From Patescibacteria group bacterium (GTDB taxonomy: Bacteria > Patescibacteriota > Patescibacteriia > Patescibacteriales > JBAZCA01): a stretch of DNA of 64,000 nucleotides. The notes under the pieces are model-generated. The model had not been told where the DNA came from, did not search any database, and worked only from the letters and a program-made list of their open reading frames with translations. This document shows positions 28,049-37,867 of this stretch, in pieces (position 1 is the stretch's first letter; each line of letters opens with the position of its first letter). The DNA lies in assembly GCA_041661505.1 (NCBI GenBank), contig JBAZUF010000001.1, positions 47,144 through 111,143 of the forward strand. The letters are read 5' to 3'. Both the position numbers and the translations under genes were made by a program.

Positions 28049-28543
28049 ATGGAAAACAAACTTAAAAACGCCTTAAAGTGGATTACCGGAATTTTGGAAG
28101 AGTTGAATATACCTTATCAGATTTCCGGCGGTTTCGCGGCGCATATTTACGGAGCGGCCCGCCCGGTCAACGATATTGATATCGACGTTCCGGAAGACCG
28201 GATGGAAGAAATCGTGCCTCGGGTTAAAGATTTTATTATTCAGGAGCTTGGGCATTTCCAAGACAAAAAATGGGACGCGAAGCTTATGGTGCTCGATTAC
28301 CACGGACAGATTATTGATTTGGATGGCGCCGAGAACATGAAAATTTACGATGAGGTAAATAATATCTGGGTGCCTTGCCCGGCTAACTTAAAAAGCTCGC
28401 GGATATTAAAAGTTTTTGGCCTGGATATTCCGGTTGTTAATCCGCGTGATCTTGCCGATTATAAAAAGCTATTGATCGCCGAAGGTCATGAGCACCACGT
28501 CGGAGATGTAGAGGCAGTGGAAAAATATTTATCAATAAATTGA
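28049..28543 (+). CDS. Nucleotidyltransferase-fold protein
   Basis: SGGFAAHIYG..RP.NDIDIDV (GG...DxD); ATG 28049 preferred. Confidence 0.75.
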   Translation: MENKLKNALKWITGILEELNIPYQISGGFAAHIYGAARPVNDIDIDVPEDRMEEIVPRVKDFIIQELGHFQDKKWDAKLMVLDYHGQIIDLDGAENMKIYDEVNNIWVPCPANLKSSRILKVFGLDIPVVNPRDLADYKKLLIAEGHEHHVGDVEAVEKYLSIN

Positions 28544-28546
28544 AAT

Positions 28547-28810
28547 ATGGAGGAGCTGAAAACAGAGGTAGAAAAAATAAAAGACAGAAACGCGAGGGTT
28601 GAGGCGGACAAAGCCTGGGAGACAAGCTGGACCCGCCGTATGCTTGTTGCCTTCCTGACCTATCTGGTTATCGTGATATTTTTTCTAACGGTTAAGGTGC
28701 CGAGGCCTTTTATAAACGCAATTGTTCCGACTTTAGGCTTCGTGCTTTCCACTTTATCCATATCGTATGTAAAAAAACTTTGGCTGAAAAAGTATTATAA
28801 AAATTCATAA
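28547..28810 (+). CDS. Small two-TM hypothetical protein
   Basis: RNARVEADKAWETSWTRR followed by two hydrophobic helices. Confidence 0.75.
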   Translation: MEELKTEVEKIKDRNARVEADKAWETSWTRRMLVAFLTYLVIVIFFLTVKVPRPFINAIVPTLGFVLSTLSISYVKKLWLKKYYKNS

Positions 28811-28817
28811 AATAAAA

Positions 28818-29420
28818 ATGGACGCGATAAAACTTATAAAACCCGATTTAAAAAAAGGCTTGCCGCTAATGGAAGCGCTAAATTTAAGGCGTACCATCCG
28901 GGATTTAAAGCCCGATGAATTGTCTTTGGAGCATTTGTCTGAAATCCTTTGGGCGGCTAACGGAGTAAACAGGGAAGACGGCAAACGCACCGCTCCGTCG
29001 GCCTGCAATAAGCAAATGACCGAAGTGTACGCTATATTGCCGGACGGTATTTATTTTTACGATGCTCCGGCGCATGAATTAAAACCGGTTGCCAAAGGGG
29101 ATTTTAGGAAATTAACCGCCGTCCATGAATTCGCTTTTAGCGCTCCACTAAATTTAATTTTTGCCGCTGATTTTGATAAGATGGAAAAGATGCCCCGCCA
29201 GGAGCCGGAAGAAAATAAAATATCGTACGCCCGCGTTGAAGCCGGGCACCAGTCAGAAAACGTTCATTTGTATTGCGCTTCCGAAGGGTTGGGCGCGGCT
29301 GTCAGGATCATAATTCCGAGGGAAGAACTCGCGAAAGTTATGGGTTTAAAGCCAAACCAAAAAATTATTTTAGCCCAGACAATCGGCTATCCTAAATTAT
29401 CGGATGTTCAACCAAAATAA
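28818..29420 (+). CDS. Nitroreductase-family (SagB-like) flavoprotein
   Basis: RRTIR, LWAANG, RTAPSA, EAGH.SENVHL, QTIGYP. Confidence 0.88.
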   Translation: MDAIKLIKPDLKKGLPLMEALNLRRTIRDLKPDELSLEHLSEILWAANGVNREDGKRTAPSACNKQMTEVYAILPDGIYFYDAPAHELKPVAKGDFRKLTAVHEFAFSAPLNLIFAADFDKMEKMPRQEPEENKISYARVEAGHQSENVHLYCASEGLGAAVRIIIPREELAKVMGLKPNQKIILAQTIGYPKLSDVQPK

Positions 29421-29422
29421 AT

Positions 29423-30325
29423 ATGGAAGGTAGACATAAGCGCCTTTGTTTAAATATTAATGCTCTGAAAAAATGCTGTCCCGGCGTTGGGATTGGGATT
29501 TTCAGGATGCCTTTGGATGAAGCAATTGATATTTTTAACACCGCCGGAATCCCGATGCAGTTTAAGCCGAAATCAATTTCTGACATGAAAAAAATAAACG
29601 CCGGGATAAAATATTTCGGCTCTCCAGCCACTCTTCATTTGCCGAATTTAAGGTATGAGGAAAACGGTTTGATGCAAAGAAAAGATGAGCTGATTAGAAT
29701 CGTTAAAGAAAAAACTCCTTCCAATATAAGACTGGTAACCGTGCATCTGGGATGGAAAGACGCCGATCTGGTTTTGGATAAAAAAGGCAATTGGAAAAAT
29801 ACCGAAGAGGGCAAAAACGTAAAGAATGACCTCTTTGAATTGTTCATAGCCGGCATCAAGTCTGGCAAAACCATAACCATTGAAAACTTGCATTACAAGC
29901 CATACAAGCATTTTTTTCGGGAACTTTTGAGCTCGCGGCCGGAGCATCTAATAAAAACCAGGAATATGATCGCGAAAAACGCCGCCCGGTCAACCGGTTG
30001 GCCGCTAAAAAAGATATTGAGGCAGACCGGATTTACCCTTGACGTCGGGCATGCGTCCGCCAACGCCCATCTCAATAAAAAATACCCTCTTTCCGCCTGG
30101 CTAAAAACCCTAGGCGCGGACATAAAAATTATCCATCTCCACGACATGCAAATACAAATCCAAAACGGCATGAAAGTCGAACAAGCGCACATTCCGATGG
30201 GGAGCGGAGTGGTTGACTGGAAAAATTTCTTTAAATTGAAAAAAAAGCATTGCCCGGACGCGCCGATGATAATCGAGCTTCCGGAAGAGGACGCGATAAA
30301 ATCAATTGAATTTCTAAGAAAATAA
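29423..30325 (+). CDS. Sugar-phosphate isomerase/epimerase-like TIM-barrel protein
   Basis: TIENL, TLDVGHA, IHLHD, HIPMGSG.VDW, MIIE. Confidence 0.8.
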   Translation: MEGRHKRLCLNINALKKCCPGVGIGIFRMPLDEAIDIFNTAGIPMQFKPKSISDMKKINAGIKYFGSPATLHLPNLRYEENGLMQRKDELIRIVKEKTPSNIRLVTVHLGWKDADLVLDKKGNWKNTEEGKNVKNDLFELFIAGIKSGKTITIENLHYKPYKHFFRELLSSRPEHLIKTRNMIAKNAARSTGWPLKKILRQTGFTLDVGHASANAHLNKKYPLSAWLKTLGADIKIIHLHDMQIQIQNGMKVEQAHIPMGSGVVDWKNFFKLKKKHCPDAPMIIELPEEDAIKSIEFLRK

Positions 30326-30330
30326 TAATT

Positions 30331-31086
30331 ATGAGAACGGCGCGTGAAAAAATTGATGATTTTCAGCCAAGACAGCGAAACAACGACAAAAAGGAAATAG
30401 CCGAATTATCGGCAGTCTTGTCGGGACAATCAAAAAAAGCCTTATCAAACGATTCGTTAATTGCCTTGGCGCCCCAGCGGATTTTTGAAATTGCCGCCGA
30501 TAAAAAAAATGTCCGGGTGCTTCAAATGCCCAGTGAGCCCGGCTGTATTTCTGTTATGGTCGTGGAAAGGGACTTTCCCGAAGAGCTGACCAATTTTAAA
30601 GCCTGGAACGCGTGGCAAAAGGATATTAAAACTGCCTTGGAAAATAAAAAATCTCTCCCCAGGGCGCCAGAAGGAGTCGATCGTCTGCATGCTAAGTTCA
30701 GTTCCAAGATTAACAGAGGAGATCTTCAATTAGATGACAGAATTTTTATGGCTTGTGATTTTCTCATCCATCCGGGCAATAAAGAAGCGGCGCGCATTGA
30801 AGACTTTGACGGAGAAACGCACCAAGGCATAGGCCAGGACTTTTATTTAAACACTCTTCCGGATCTGGCCAGAAAACTCGGGTTAAGATACATTGTTGGG
30901 AGGAATAATGAAATGAACCTGTCGTTTTTTAAAGAGGCGCTAAAAAGATATACCCTGGACGACGTAAAACCTGAATTTTATGATCAATTATTCCCCGAGA
31001 ACGCCGGCGATCCTTATTTTACCATCCAATTTTTATACGACGAAGATGTTCGCAAGTATATTAAAGAGGCAAGTATAAAAAATTAG
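30331..31086 (+). CDS. Hypothetical protein
   Basis: 251-aa ORF with operon-like spacing. Confidence 0.65.
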   Translation: MRTAREKIDDFQPRQRNNDKKEIAELSAVLSGQSKKALSNDSLIALAPQRIFEIAADKKNVRVLQMPSEPGCISVMVVERDFPEELTNFKAWNAWQKDIKTALENKKSLPRAPEGVDRLHAKFSSKINRGDLQLDDRIFMACDFLIHPGNKEAARIEDFDGETHQGIGQDFYLNTLPDLARKLGLRYIVGRNNEMNLSFFKEALKRYTLDDVKPEFYDQLFPENAGDPYFTIQFLYDEDVRKYIKEASIKN

Positions 31087-31105
31087 TTCTAAAGAAGATT
31101 TTTTT

Positions 31106-31234
31106 ATGAGCGACTTCCAATCTCTGGAAAATGAAATTGAACACCCTGGTTCCGACGCTAGGATTTATCCTTTCCACTTTGTCCGTTTCCTATATAAAAA
31201 AGCTATTGGGTTAAAAAAATATAATAAAAAATAA
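31106..31234 (+). pseudogene. Internally deleted, frameshifted paralog of the 28547-28810 membrane-protein gene
   Basis: MSDFQSLENEIE start, then an out-of-frame VPTLGFILSTLSVSYIKKL matching VPTLGFVLSTLSISYVKKL, then LKKYNKK-stop. Confidence 0.75.
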
Positions 31235-31240
31235 AATCTT

Positions 31241-31993
31241 ATGCAAATTGATTTGAAAGGAAAAAATATTCTCGTAACCGGCGCCAGTCGGGGAATAGGG
31301 AAGGCTATTGCCGAAACGATTGGAGGAGCGGGCGCCAAAGTCGCGGTCCATTTTTACAGCGCGGAAAAAGAGGCTTCTTTGGTAGCCCGGTCAATCGGAA
31401 ACGGCGCAAAAACTTTCCAGGCCGGGCTCGAATCTCCCGCCGAATGCGAAAAACTTTTCGAAAACGTTATAAAAGATTTTGGCTCGCTTGACGTTTTAGT
31501 AAATAACGCCGGCGCGATGATTATGGCCGGGCTGGATGACAAAGACTGGGTGGAAAAATGGGACCGAACCATGGCGATTAATTTAAGATCTGCCGGCATC
31601 CTTTCACGGCTGGCGGTTTTACATTTCAAAAAAAAGGGCGGGGGAAGAATAATCAATATCGCTTCCCGGGCGGCCTTCCGCGGAGATACGCCTGAATTTC
31701 TCGCATACGCCGCCTCCAAAGGCGGAATGGTGGCCTTAAGCCGCTCAATTGCCCGAGATTTCGGAAAAGACGGCATTAAATCATTTATAATAGCTCCGGG
31801 CTGGGTCCGGACCGAAGCGACCCGGGAATCGATTGAAGAGTATGGCGAAGACCAGATTCTTGGCGGAATCGCCTTAGACCGGCTTACCGAACCAAAAGAC
31901 ATCGCTCCGCTGGCAGCTTTTTTAGCGAGCGGACTGGCTGACCACGCGACCGGCGGCACTTTTGACGTAAACGCGGCCAGTTATGTCCATTAG
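31241..31993 (+). CDS. Short-chain dehydrogenase/reductase
   Basis: TGASRGIG, VNNAG, YAASK. Confidence 0.93.
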   Translation: MQIDLKGKNILVTGASRGIGKAIAETIGGAGAKVAVHFYSAEKEASLVARSIGNGAKTFQAGLESPAECEKLFENVIKDFGSLDVLVNNAGAMIMAGLDDKDWVEKWDRTMAINLRSAGILSRLAVLHFKKKGGGRIINIASRAAFRGDTPEFLAYAASKGGMVALSRSIARDFGKDGIKSFIIAPGWVRTEATRESIEEYGEDQILGGIALDRLTEPKDIAPLAAFLASGLADHATGGTFDVNAASYVH

Positions 31994-32010
31994 CATCTCG
32001 GGGAATCTAA

Positions 32011-32787
32011 ATGACCAGCCTAAGAATAAATTTAGACAATATGGGATACAAAAGGCATCAAATTAAATCGCACGAAAAAGCTTGCATATTTCTGGAAAAA
32101 ATTGTTAAAGAGGCGTTTCAATATATTGAAAAAAATAAAAACTGTACCGAATACGAAGTGCAAAGATTTATTTTAGAAAGATTTAACCATTATAATCTAA
32201 AAACTGACAAAAGCCGGACGCCGATAGTAGCGTTCGGAAAGAGCACGTCCAATGTTCATTATTATCCTGCCAAGCGATCTTCAAGGCGCCTCCAACCCAA
32301 CTCGCTTATCATGATCGACATTTGGGCCCGCCTTGAAAAAAAGGGCTCGATTTTTTCCGATATCACCTGGATGGCTTATTATGGGAAAAAAGCGCCCGAA
32401 GAAATTATGAAAGTTTATAATCTGGTGATTGGAGCCAGGGACATGGCGATAAAGCATATCGCGGCCAGCCTTAGGAAAGGGAAGCTGCCGACCGGCAGGC
32501 AAGCCGACTTGGCCGCCAGAGACACCATTAAGCAGGCGGGCCATGGCAAGCGATTCATCCACACCACCGGCCACAGCCTCGGCTTAAACCATCCGCACGG
32601 AAGCTATAAAGGCCTAAGAACCGACAATCATCGGCCGCTTAAACCAGACATCCCCTATACTATCGAACCGGGGGTTTATCTTAAAAATCGGTTCGGCGTC
32701 CGAAGTGAAATTAATTTTTACATTTCCTCCGGCTTGAAGCTGAAAATTACGACAAAAATGCAGAAAAAAATGGTTTTACTTGCTTAA
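32011..32787 (+). CDS. M24 family metallopeptidase (catalytic domain only)
   Basis: MIDIWA, SDIT, HTTGHSLG, TIEPGVY, GVRSE; start may be the second Met. Confidence 0.85.
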   Translation: MTSLRINLDNMGYKRHQIKSHEKACIFLEKIVKEAFQYIEKNKNCTEYEVQRFILERFNHYNLKTDKSRTPIVAFGKSTSNVHYYPAKRSSRRLQPNSLIMIDIWARLEKKGSIFSDITWMAYYGKKAPEEIMKVYNLVIGARDMAIKHIAASLRKGKLPTGRQADLAARDTIKQAGHGKRFIHTTGHSLGLNHPHGSYKGLRTDNHRPLKPDIPYTIEPGVYLKNRFGVRSEINFYISSGLKLKITTKMQKKMVLLA

Positions 32788-32890
32788 AATTCTATGCTAT
32801 AATTCTATAAAATATTTATATTTCACTTATTTACAAATCAAGCCGGGTAAAAAACTTTCGTTACTTTGGCTAAAATAAAAATATAAGCTT

Positions 32891-33922
32891 ATGCCTTCTA
32901 AAAAGGGAAACATTAATGTAGCTATTAACGGCTTTGGCCGGATCGGCCGGGCAGTCTTTAAGGCCATTCTAAAACGGCATCCGCATATTAACATCGTTGC
33001 CATCAATAATTTAACCGATCCGAAGACTACCGCCCATCTTTTTCGCTATGACAGCTGTTACGGGGTATACTGTAAAGATGTAAGCTATACCGAAAATAGC
33101 CTGATAGTCGACAAAAAGGAATATCCGCTAATCTCCGAGAGGGAGCCGTCCAACCTCCCCTGGGAAAAATTAAAAGTCGATATAGTTATCGAATCGACCG
33201 GCATATTCCGCGACATGGCCGGCGCCGGAGGGCATTTGAAAGCCGGGGCCAAAAAAGTGATAATTTCCGCGCCGGCTAAAGATGATGCGATAAAAAATAT
33301 CGTACTGGGCGTAAACGAAGAGGAGCTTAATAAGGAAGATGAGATAATTTCCATGGCCTCCTGCACTACCAATTGCCTGGCGCCATGCACTAATGTAATT
33401 AAAAATAATTTCGGCATAGTTAAAGCGATCATGACTACCATCCACGCCTATACTTCGGACCAGAATTTAATCGATAACCCCCATAAAGACCTAAGAAGAG
33501 CCCGTTCGGCCGCCATAAACATGATTCCGACTACAACCGGAGCGGCCCGGGCCGTAGCCAAAGCTATTCCGGAATTAAAAGGCAAGTTTGACGGTATGGC
33601 TATCCGCGTCCCTACTCCGGTAGTCTCAATTTCAGACATGGTTTTTATAACTTCCAAAAAAGTAACCGAGGAAGAAGTAAATAATGCCTTTAAAAAAGCT
33701 GTTAAGGAAAATAAATACAAAAACATAATTGACGTAACCAGCGATCCGGTCGTTTCAAGCGATATGCTTGAAAACCCTCATAGCGCCATAGTCGATTTGG
33801 CGCTCACCAAGGTGGTAGACGGCGATATGCTAAAAGTCGTCGCCTGGTACGATAACGAATGGGGATATTCTTGCCGTATGGCCGACTTGTGCGACTATAT
33901 TTCTAAAAAAGGCCTGGTTTAA
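32891..33922 (+). CDS. gap: Glyceraldehyde-3-phosphate dehydrogenase type I
   Basis: INGFGRIGR, ASCTTNCLAP, WYDNEWGYS. Confidence 0.97.
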   Translation: MPSKKGNINVAINGFGRIGRAVFKAILKRHPHINIVAINNLTDPKTTAHLFRYDSCYGVYCKDVSYTENSLIVDKKEYPLISEREPSNLPWEKLKVDIVIESTGIFRDMAGAGGHLKAGAKKVIISAPAKDDAIKNIVLGVNEEELNKEDEIISMASCTTNCLAPCTNVIKNNFGIVKAIMTTIHAYTSDQNLIDNPHKDLRRARSAAINMIPTTTGAARAVAKAIPELKGKFDGMAIRVPTPVVSISDMVFITSKKVTEEEVNNAFKKAVKENKYKNIIDVTSDPVVSSDMLENPHSAIVDLALTKVVDGDMLKVVAWYDNEWGYSCRMADLCDYISKKGLV

Positions 33923-33993
33923 TTACCGGCAAACCTACTCCGATATTATCGGCTTTTGGCATTAACTGCCTCTTTCTCCTACTCATTTAAACT

Positions 33994-35106
33994 ATGGAAA
34001 AAAATATTCTGCAGAAGATAAAAAAAGCCGGGCTTATAGGCCGGGGAGGGGCTTGTTTTCCGGTCTGGGAAAAATGGTCGGCCGTTTATAATGAACTCTT
34101 AAAAAAGCCGGTCAAGGAGAGAAAATGCTATGTAATCTGCAATGCTTCCGAAGGCGAGCCGGACGTAAAAAAAGACCGGCATATTTTAAAAAAATTTCCC
34201 GAAACCGTCCTTAAAGGAATGATGGCGGCCGTTGATTTTTTAGGCGCCAGGCAGGGATATATATATCTAAATTCCCAATACTACCGGGAGATAGCGCCGC
34301 GGCTTGAAAAAATTATCGGAGATTATGCAATTGAAGTCTTGGAAAAGCCGCATAAGGCGGGCTACATTGGAGGCGAAGAATCGGCAATTCTAAACGCCAT
34401 TGAAGGCAAGAAAATTGAGCCCCGGCTAAAGCCGCCTTTCCCTTTCAGTAAAGGCTTGTTCGGCCAGCCCACGCTTACCAACAACGTAGAAACATTTTAT
34501 AACGTCGGGCGGCTCCTCCTTGCTAGCTACGAACCAAACCGCTTTATAACCATAACCGAACACTTTCCCAAATCTTACCTGGGGACAGTCATCCGCCTAA
34601 AAAATTTCGTAAAAAAGGAGGTCTTTTTATTTCCCGAAGACTGGAGCGTAAAAAAAATTTTGAAGGCTTCCGGGCGCTGGCCCTTGTACAAATTTTTTGT
34701 ACAAGTAGGAGGAGGGGCGAGCGGCATAATCTTAAACTCAAACCAGTTAAATAGTCCGGTCCAGGGCTCGGGGTCAATTTCCATCTTTAGCCTGGAGAGG
34801 CATGATCCGATTGAGCTTATAAGGGGCTGGGCGAATTTTTTTCAAATGGAATCCTGCGGCAAATGCACCCCTTGCCGGGAAGGAACTTACCGCTTAAAAC
34901 TTGAGCTCCAAAACGAAAATCCGAACTGGGAGATTGCGAGGGAACTTTTGGATAATTTATCCGAAGCCTCTTTTTGCGGACTCGGCTGCGCGGCGCCGAT
35001 TGCTATTACCGGATATTTTAAAAATGTTTTTCCTCTGATTTCCGGCAAAGACAGCGGCTTTTCCGGGGAACAGGTTAAAGCCGTTTGCGAGTGCTTTTCC
35101 GAATAA
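33994..35106 (+). CDS. NuoF/HydB-like flavin and Fe-S diaphorase subunit (short form)
   Basis: GLIGRGGA.FP, CNASEGEP, YIGGEESA, PR.KPPFP, NNVET, ESCGKCTPCREG, SFCGLG. Confidence 0.9.
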   Translation: MEKNILQKIKKAGLIGRGGACFPVWEKWSAVYNELLKKPVKERKCYVICNASEGEPDVKKDRHILKKFPETVLKGMMAAVDFLGARQGYIYLNSQYYREIAPRLEKIIGDYAIEVLEKPHKAGYIGGEESAILNAIEGKKIEPRLKPPFPFSKGLFGQPTLTNNVETFYNVGRLLLASYEPNRFITITEHFPKSYLGTVIRLKNFVKKEVFLFPEDWSVKKILKASGRWPLYKFFVQVGGGASGIILNSNQLNSPVQGSGSISIFSLERHDPIELIRGWANFFQMESCGKCTPCREGTYRLKLELQNENPNWEIARELLDNLSEASFCGLGCAAPIAITGYFKNVFPLISGKDSGFSGEQVKAVCECFSE

Positions 35107-35130
35107 TCATTTATAATAACATAGTATAAC

Positions 35131-35169
35131 TCGCTCTTCCGCACGCTGCCAGCGTGCGGACTCACTCAT
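35131..35169. repeat. Dispersed REP-like palindrome, copy 1
   Basis: TCGCTC-ttccgca..tgcgga-CTCACTCAT; related copy at 57241-57273. Confidence 0.55.
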
Positions 35170-36883
35170 GCCGATTATGAATAAACTGGTAAATATTAAA
35201 ATAAACGGGAAAAAGATCAAATGTTCGCCGGATATTACTATCTGGCAGGTGGCGCGCGACAACGGAATAGAAATTCCCGGCCTTTGCGGCCACCCGGATT
35301 TCCCGCCTAAAGCCAATTGCCGGGTTTGCGTGGTTGAGATAAAAGGCCGGCAAAAACTGGCTACTTCCTGTTCAATAAAACCCGAAGAAGGCATGTCGAT
35401 AACGACTGACAGCCCGCGGGTTAAAAAGGCGCGCAATTTTAATCTTGAGCTTATCTTTGCCGAGCATATAGAAAAATGCCCGACTTGCATCCGGAATACT
35501 AACTGCCGCCTTCTAAACTACGCTGAAAAATATAAAATTGAAATTGCCCGCTTTTCCGACCGGAAAGGGAAGAGAAAAACCTATAAATTCGCCAACGCGG
35601 TGGAAATTGACGGCTCCCAGTGCGTTGACTGCCGGAACTGCGTTGACGCCTGCTCCCTCTTGCAAAAAATTAACTACTTGGAGATCCAGGGAAAAGGAAT
35701 TAACCAGGAAATCGTACCGGCCAAAAATACTTATATCGATTGCATATATTGCGGCCAATGTGCCCTGCACTGTCCGGTAGCTTCCGCCCAAGAACAAACC
35801 AGCTGGGAAGAAATCGATAAGCTTTTAGCTAACCGGGGAGATAAAATTTTAGTGGCCATGTTTGCCCCCTCCATAAGGGTAAGCATCGGGGAAGAATTCG
35901 GCTTGCCGCACGGCAAAGTAGTTACCGGCCAGTTAGTATCAGCCTTAAAAAATCTCGGATTTGATTACGTATTTGACGTAATCTTCGGAGCGGATATGAC
36001 GACAGTTGTTGAAGCCGCGGAACTTATAGAGCGGATAAACGGTAAAAAAAATCTGCCGATGATTACTTCCTGCTGTCCTGGCTGGGTGAAGTATGCCGAG
36101 TTTTATCATCCGGAAATATTGCCTAACTTAACAACCGCCCGTTCCCCGCATGTCCATTTAGCCGGAGCCATAAAAACTTTTTGGGCCCAAAACCAAAAAA
36201 TTGACCCGAAAAAAATCGTTACCGTATCGATAATGCCCTGTACGGCCAAAAAATTCGAGTCGCGCCGGGTGGAGTTAAAAATTAACGGGCTGGCTCCGGT
36301 TGATTACGTCCTTACCACCCGCGAATTCGCCTGGCTTTTAAAAAGGAAGAAAATTGAACTGGGAAAATTAAAACCGTCCGAAGTTTCAACTCCGGCATCT
36401 GGAGGCGATTCAGCCGGCTCCATATACGGAGCTTCCGGAGGAGTTATGGAATCAGCCTTGCGAACGGCCGCATCGCTTATCTGCAAAGGAAATAAAATCT
36501 GCGATAATAGATTAGACTTTAAAGAAGCCCGGGGCATGGCCGGAATAAAGGAAGCCAAAGTGAAAATCGGTAATAAGAACCTGCGCATCGCGGTGGTAAA
36601 CGGCATCGGAAATATTGACCCGATCATAAAAAGACTAAATAATTATGACTATATAGAGGTTATGGCCTGTCCGGGAGGGTGTATTGGCGGCGGCGGCCAG
36701 CCTATCCCAACCACGCCGGAAATAAGGAAAAAGCGCGCTGACGCGCTATATGGCATCGATAAAAATGCCCCCCTGCGAAAAGCCCATGAAAATAAAGGGG
36801 TTTTAGAAATTTTAAAATGGCTAAAAACCCAGGGAAAATTAAATTCCCAGGTTTTATATACCAAGTATATTAAACGTTCATAA
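35168..36883 (+). CDS. hydA: [FeFe]-hydrogenase catalytic subunit (group A type, with 2Fe-2S, His-ligated and two 4Fe-4S domains)
   Basis: H-cluster motifs TSCCPGW, MPCTAKKFE, EVMACPGGCIGGGGQP; CRVC, H..KCPTC..C, CVDCRNCVDAC, CIYCGQCALHCP. Confidence 0.95.
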   Translation: MPIMNKLVNIKINGKKIKCSPDITIWQVARDNGIEIPGLCGHPDFPPKANCRVCVVEIKGRQKLATSCSIKPEEGMSITTDSPRVKKARNFNLELIFAEHIEKCPTCIRNTNCRLLNYAEKYKIEIARFSDRKGKRKTYKFANAVEIDGSQCVDCRNCVDACSLLQKINYLEIQGKGINQEIVPAKNTYIDCIYCGQCALHCPVASAQEQTSWEEIDKLLANRGDKILVAMFAPSIRVSIGEEFGLPHGKVVTGQLVSALKNLGFDYVFDVIFGADMTTVVEAAELIERINGKKNLPMITSCCPGWVKYAEFYHPEILPNLTTARSPHVHLAGAIKTFWAQNQKIDPKKIVTVSIMPCTAKKFESRRVELKINGLAPVDYVLTTREFAWLLKRKKIELGKLKPSEVSTPASGGDSAGSIYGASGGVMESALRTAASLICKGNKICDNRLDFKEARGMAGIKEAKVKIGNKNLRIAVVNGIGNIDPIIKRLNNYDYIEVMACPGGCIGGGGQPIPTTPEIRKKRADALYGIDKNAPLRKAHENKGVLEILKWLKTQGKLNSQVLYTKYIKRS

Positions 36884-36887
36884 GCAT

Positions 36888-37157
36888 ATGATTAACGAAT
36901 ATTTGGGAACATTAAACATTTTGGTGTCAGAGAGGGAAGTGAACGCGCCGGAAATAAATAATGTTATTACTAAGTTCGGCCATCTGGTACGCGCCCGTCT
37001 CGGCATCCATCTTTCGCCTAAGTGCGTGAAAGGCTGTTCGGGATTAATTACCCTTGTCGTCCAGGGTGAAAAAAAGGAACTCGAAAAATTCGCAAAAGAA
37101 GCGGCTAAACATAAATACGCGGTCGCGAAACTTTGTTATATATCAAAGGTTAAATAG
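36888..37157 (+). CDS. TM1266-like iron-only hydrogenase system putative regulator
   Basis: 89 aa; GTLNILV.ER..NA..IN......G.LVRARLG...GLITLVV; adjacent to hydA. Confidence 0.75.
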   Translation: MINEYLGTLNILVSEREVNAPEINNVITKFGHLVRARLGIHLSPKCVKGCSGLITLVVQGEKKELEKFAKEAAKHKYAVAKLCYISKVK

Positions 37158-37170
37158 TAAATTTTATTTT

Positions 37171-37707
37171 ATGGACTATTTAAAAGAAAAAACTTTAGAA
37201 TTAGTAAATGTTCACGCGGCGATACAGTTTTTAGTCTTGGGAAGCATTGCCACTTTCTTGCCGTTTTTTATCCATGTCCAATTTTTAACCGGACCGATCG
37301 TTAACGCCATATTGATAATTGCCCTTTTTCTCTGTGGCATCCGGAGCGCTATCACGCTGGCATTAATCCCGAGCCTCATGGCCTTGGCGGGCGGACTATT
37401 GCCGGCAGTCTTAGCTCCGGTCGTGCCATTCATAATGATTAGTAATTGCATTCTTATTTTCACCATAGAATTCTTGTACAAAAAATTTGAACAGGCTAAA
37501 TCAGGATTCTGGATTGGCCTCGCGGCCGGCGCCGCGCTAAAATGGGTTTTTCTAATCCTGTCCACTGGATTTATTTCCAAGCTTTTACTTAAGCAGGAGC
37601 TGGCTGTTAAGGTTGTCCAGATGATGAGCTGGCCGCAACTCGCGACAGCCATAGCCGGAGGAGTAATCGCTTTCGGCATACTAAAACCTTTAAAATCCAT
37701 AAAGTAA
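37171..37707 (+). CDS. ECF-transporter S-component-like membrane protein
   Basis: QFLTGPIVNAIL, PFIMISN, MMSWPQLATA..GG; about 5-6 TM segments. Confidence 0.7.
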   Translation: MDYLKEKTLELVNVHAAIQFLVLGSIATFLPFFIHVQFLTGPIVNAILIIALFLCGIRSAITLALIPSLMALAGGLLPAVLAPVVPFIMISNCILIFTIEFLYKKFEQAKSGFWIGLAAGAALKWVFLILSTGFISKLLLKQELAVKVVQMMSWPQLATAIAGGVIAFGILKPLKSIK

Positions 37708-37801
37708 TCAAATAGAACGCGGCTCACGCTGAAAAACTACCTATCAGGAAAAACATACAATCCTTAATGTTTAGGCCGGCTTTGCTATAAGACATTATAC
37801 T

Positions 37802-37834
37802 GCGCCTAAATCCGCTTAGATTCGGCGCTTTTTT
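37802..37834 (+). terminator. Probable terminator after the hydrogenase cluster
   Basis: GCGCC..AATC..GATT..GGCGC followed by TTTTTT. Confidence 0.5.
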
Positions 37835-37861
37835 GACTTCGCATAATTAATCTTGTATAAT
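37833..37861 (+). promoter_or_regulatory. Sigma70 promoter for cca (near-leaderless)
   Basis: TTGACT-N17-TATAAT ending 6 nt before the ATG. Confidence 0.65.
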
Positions 37862-37867
37862 TAATGC

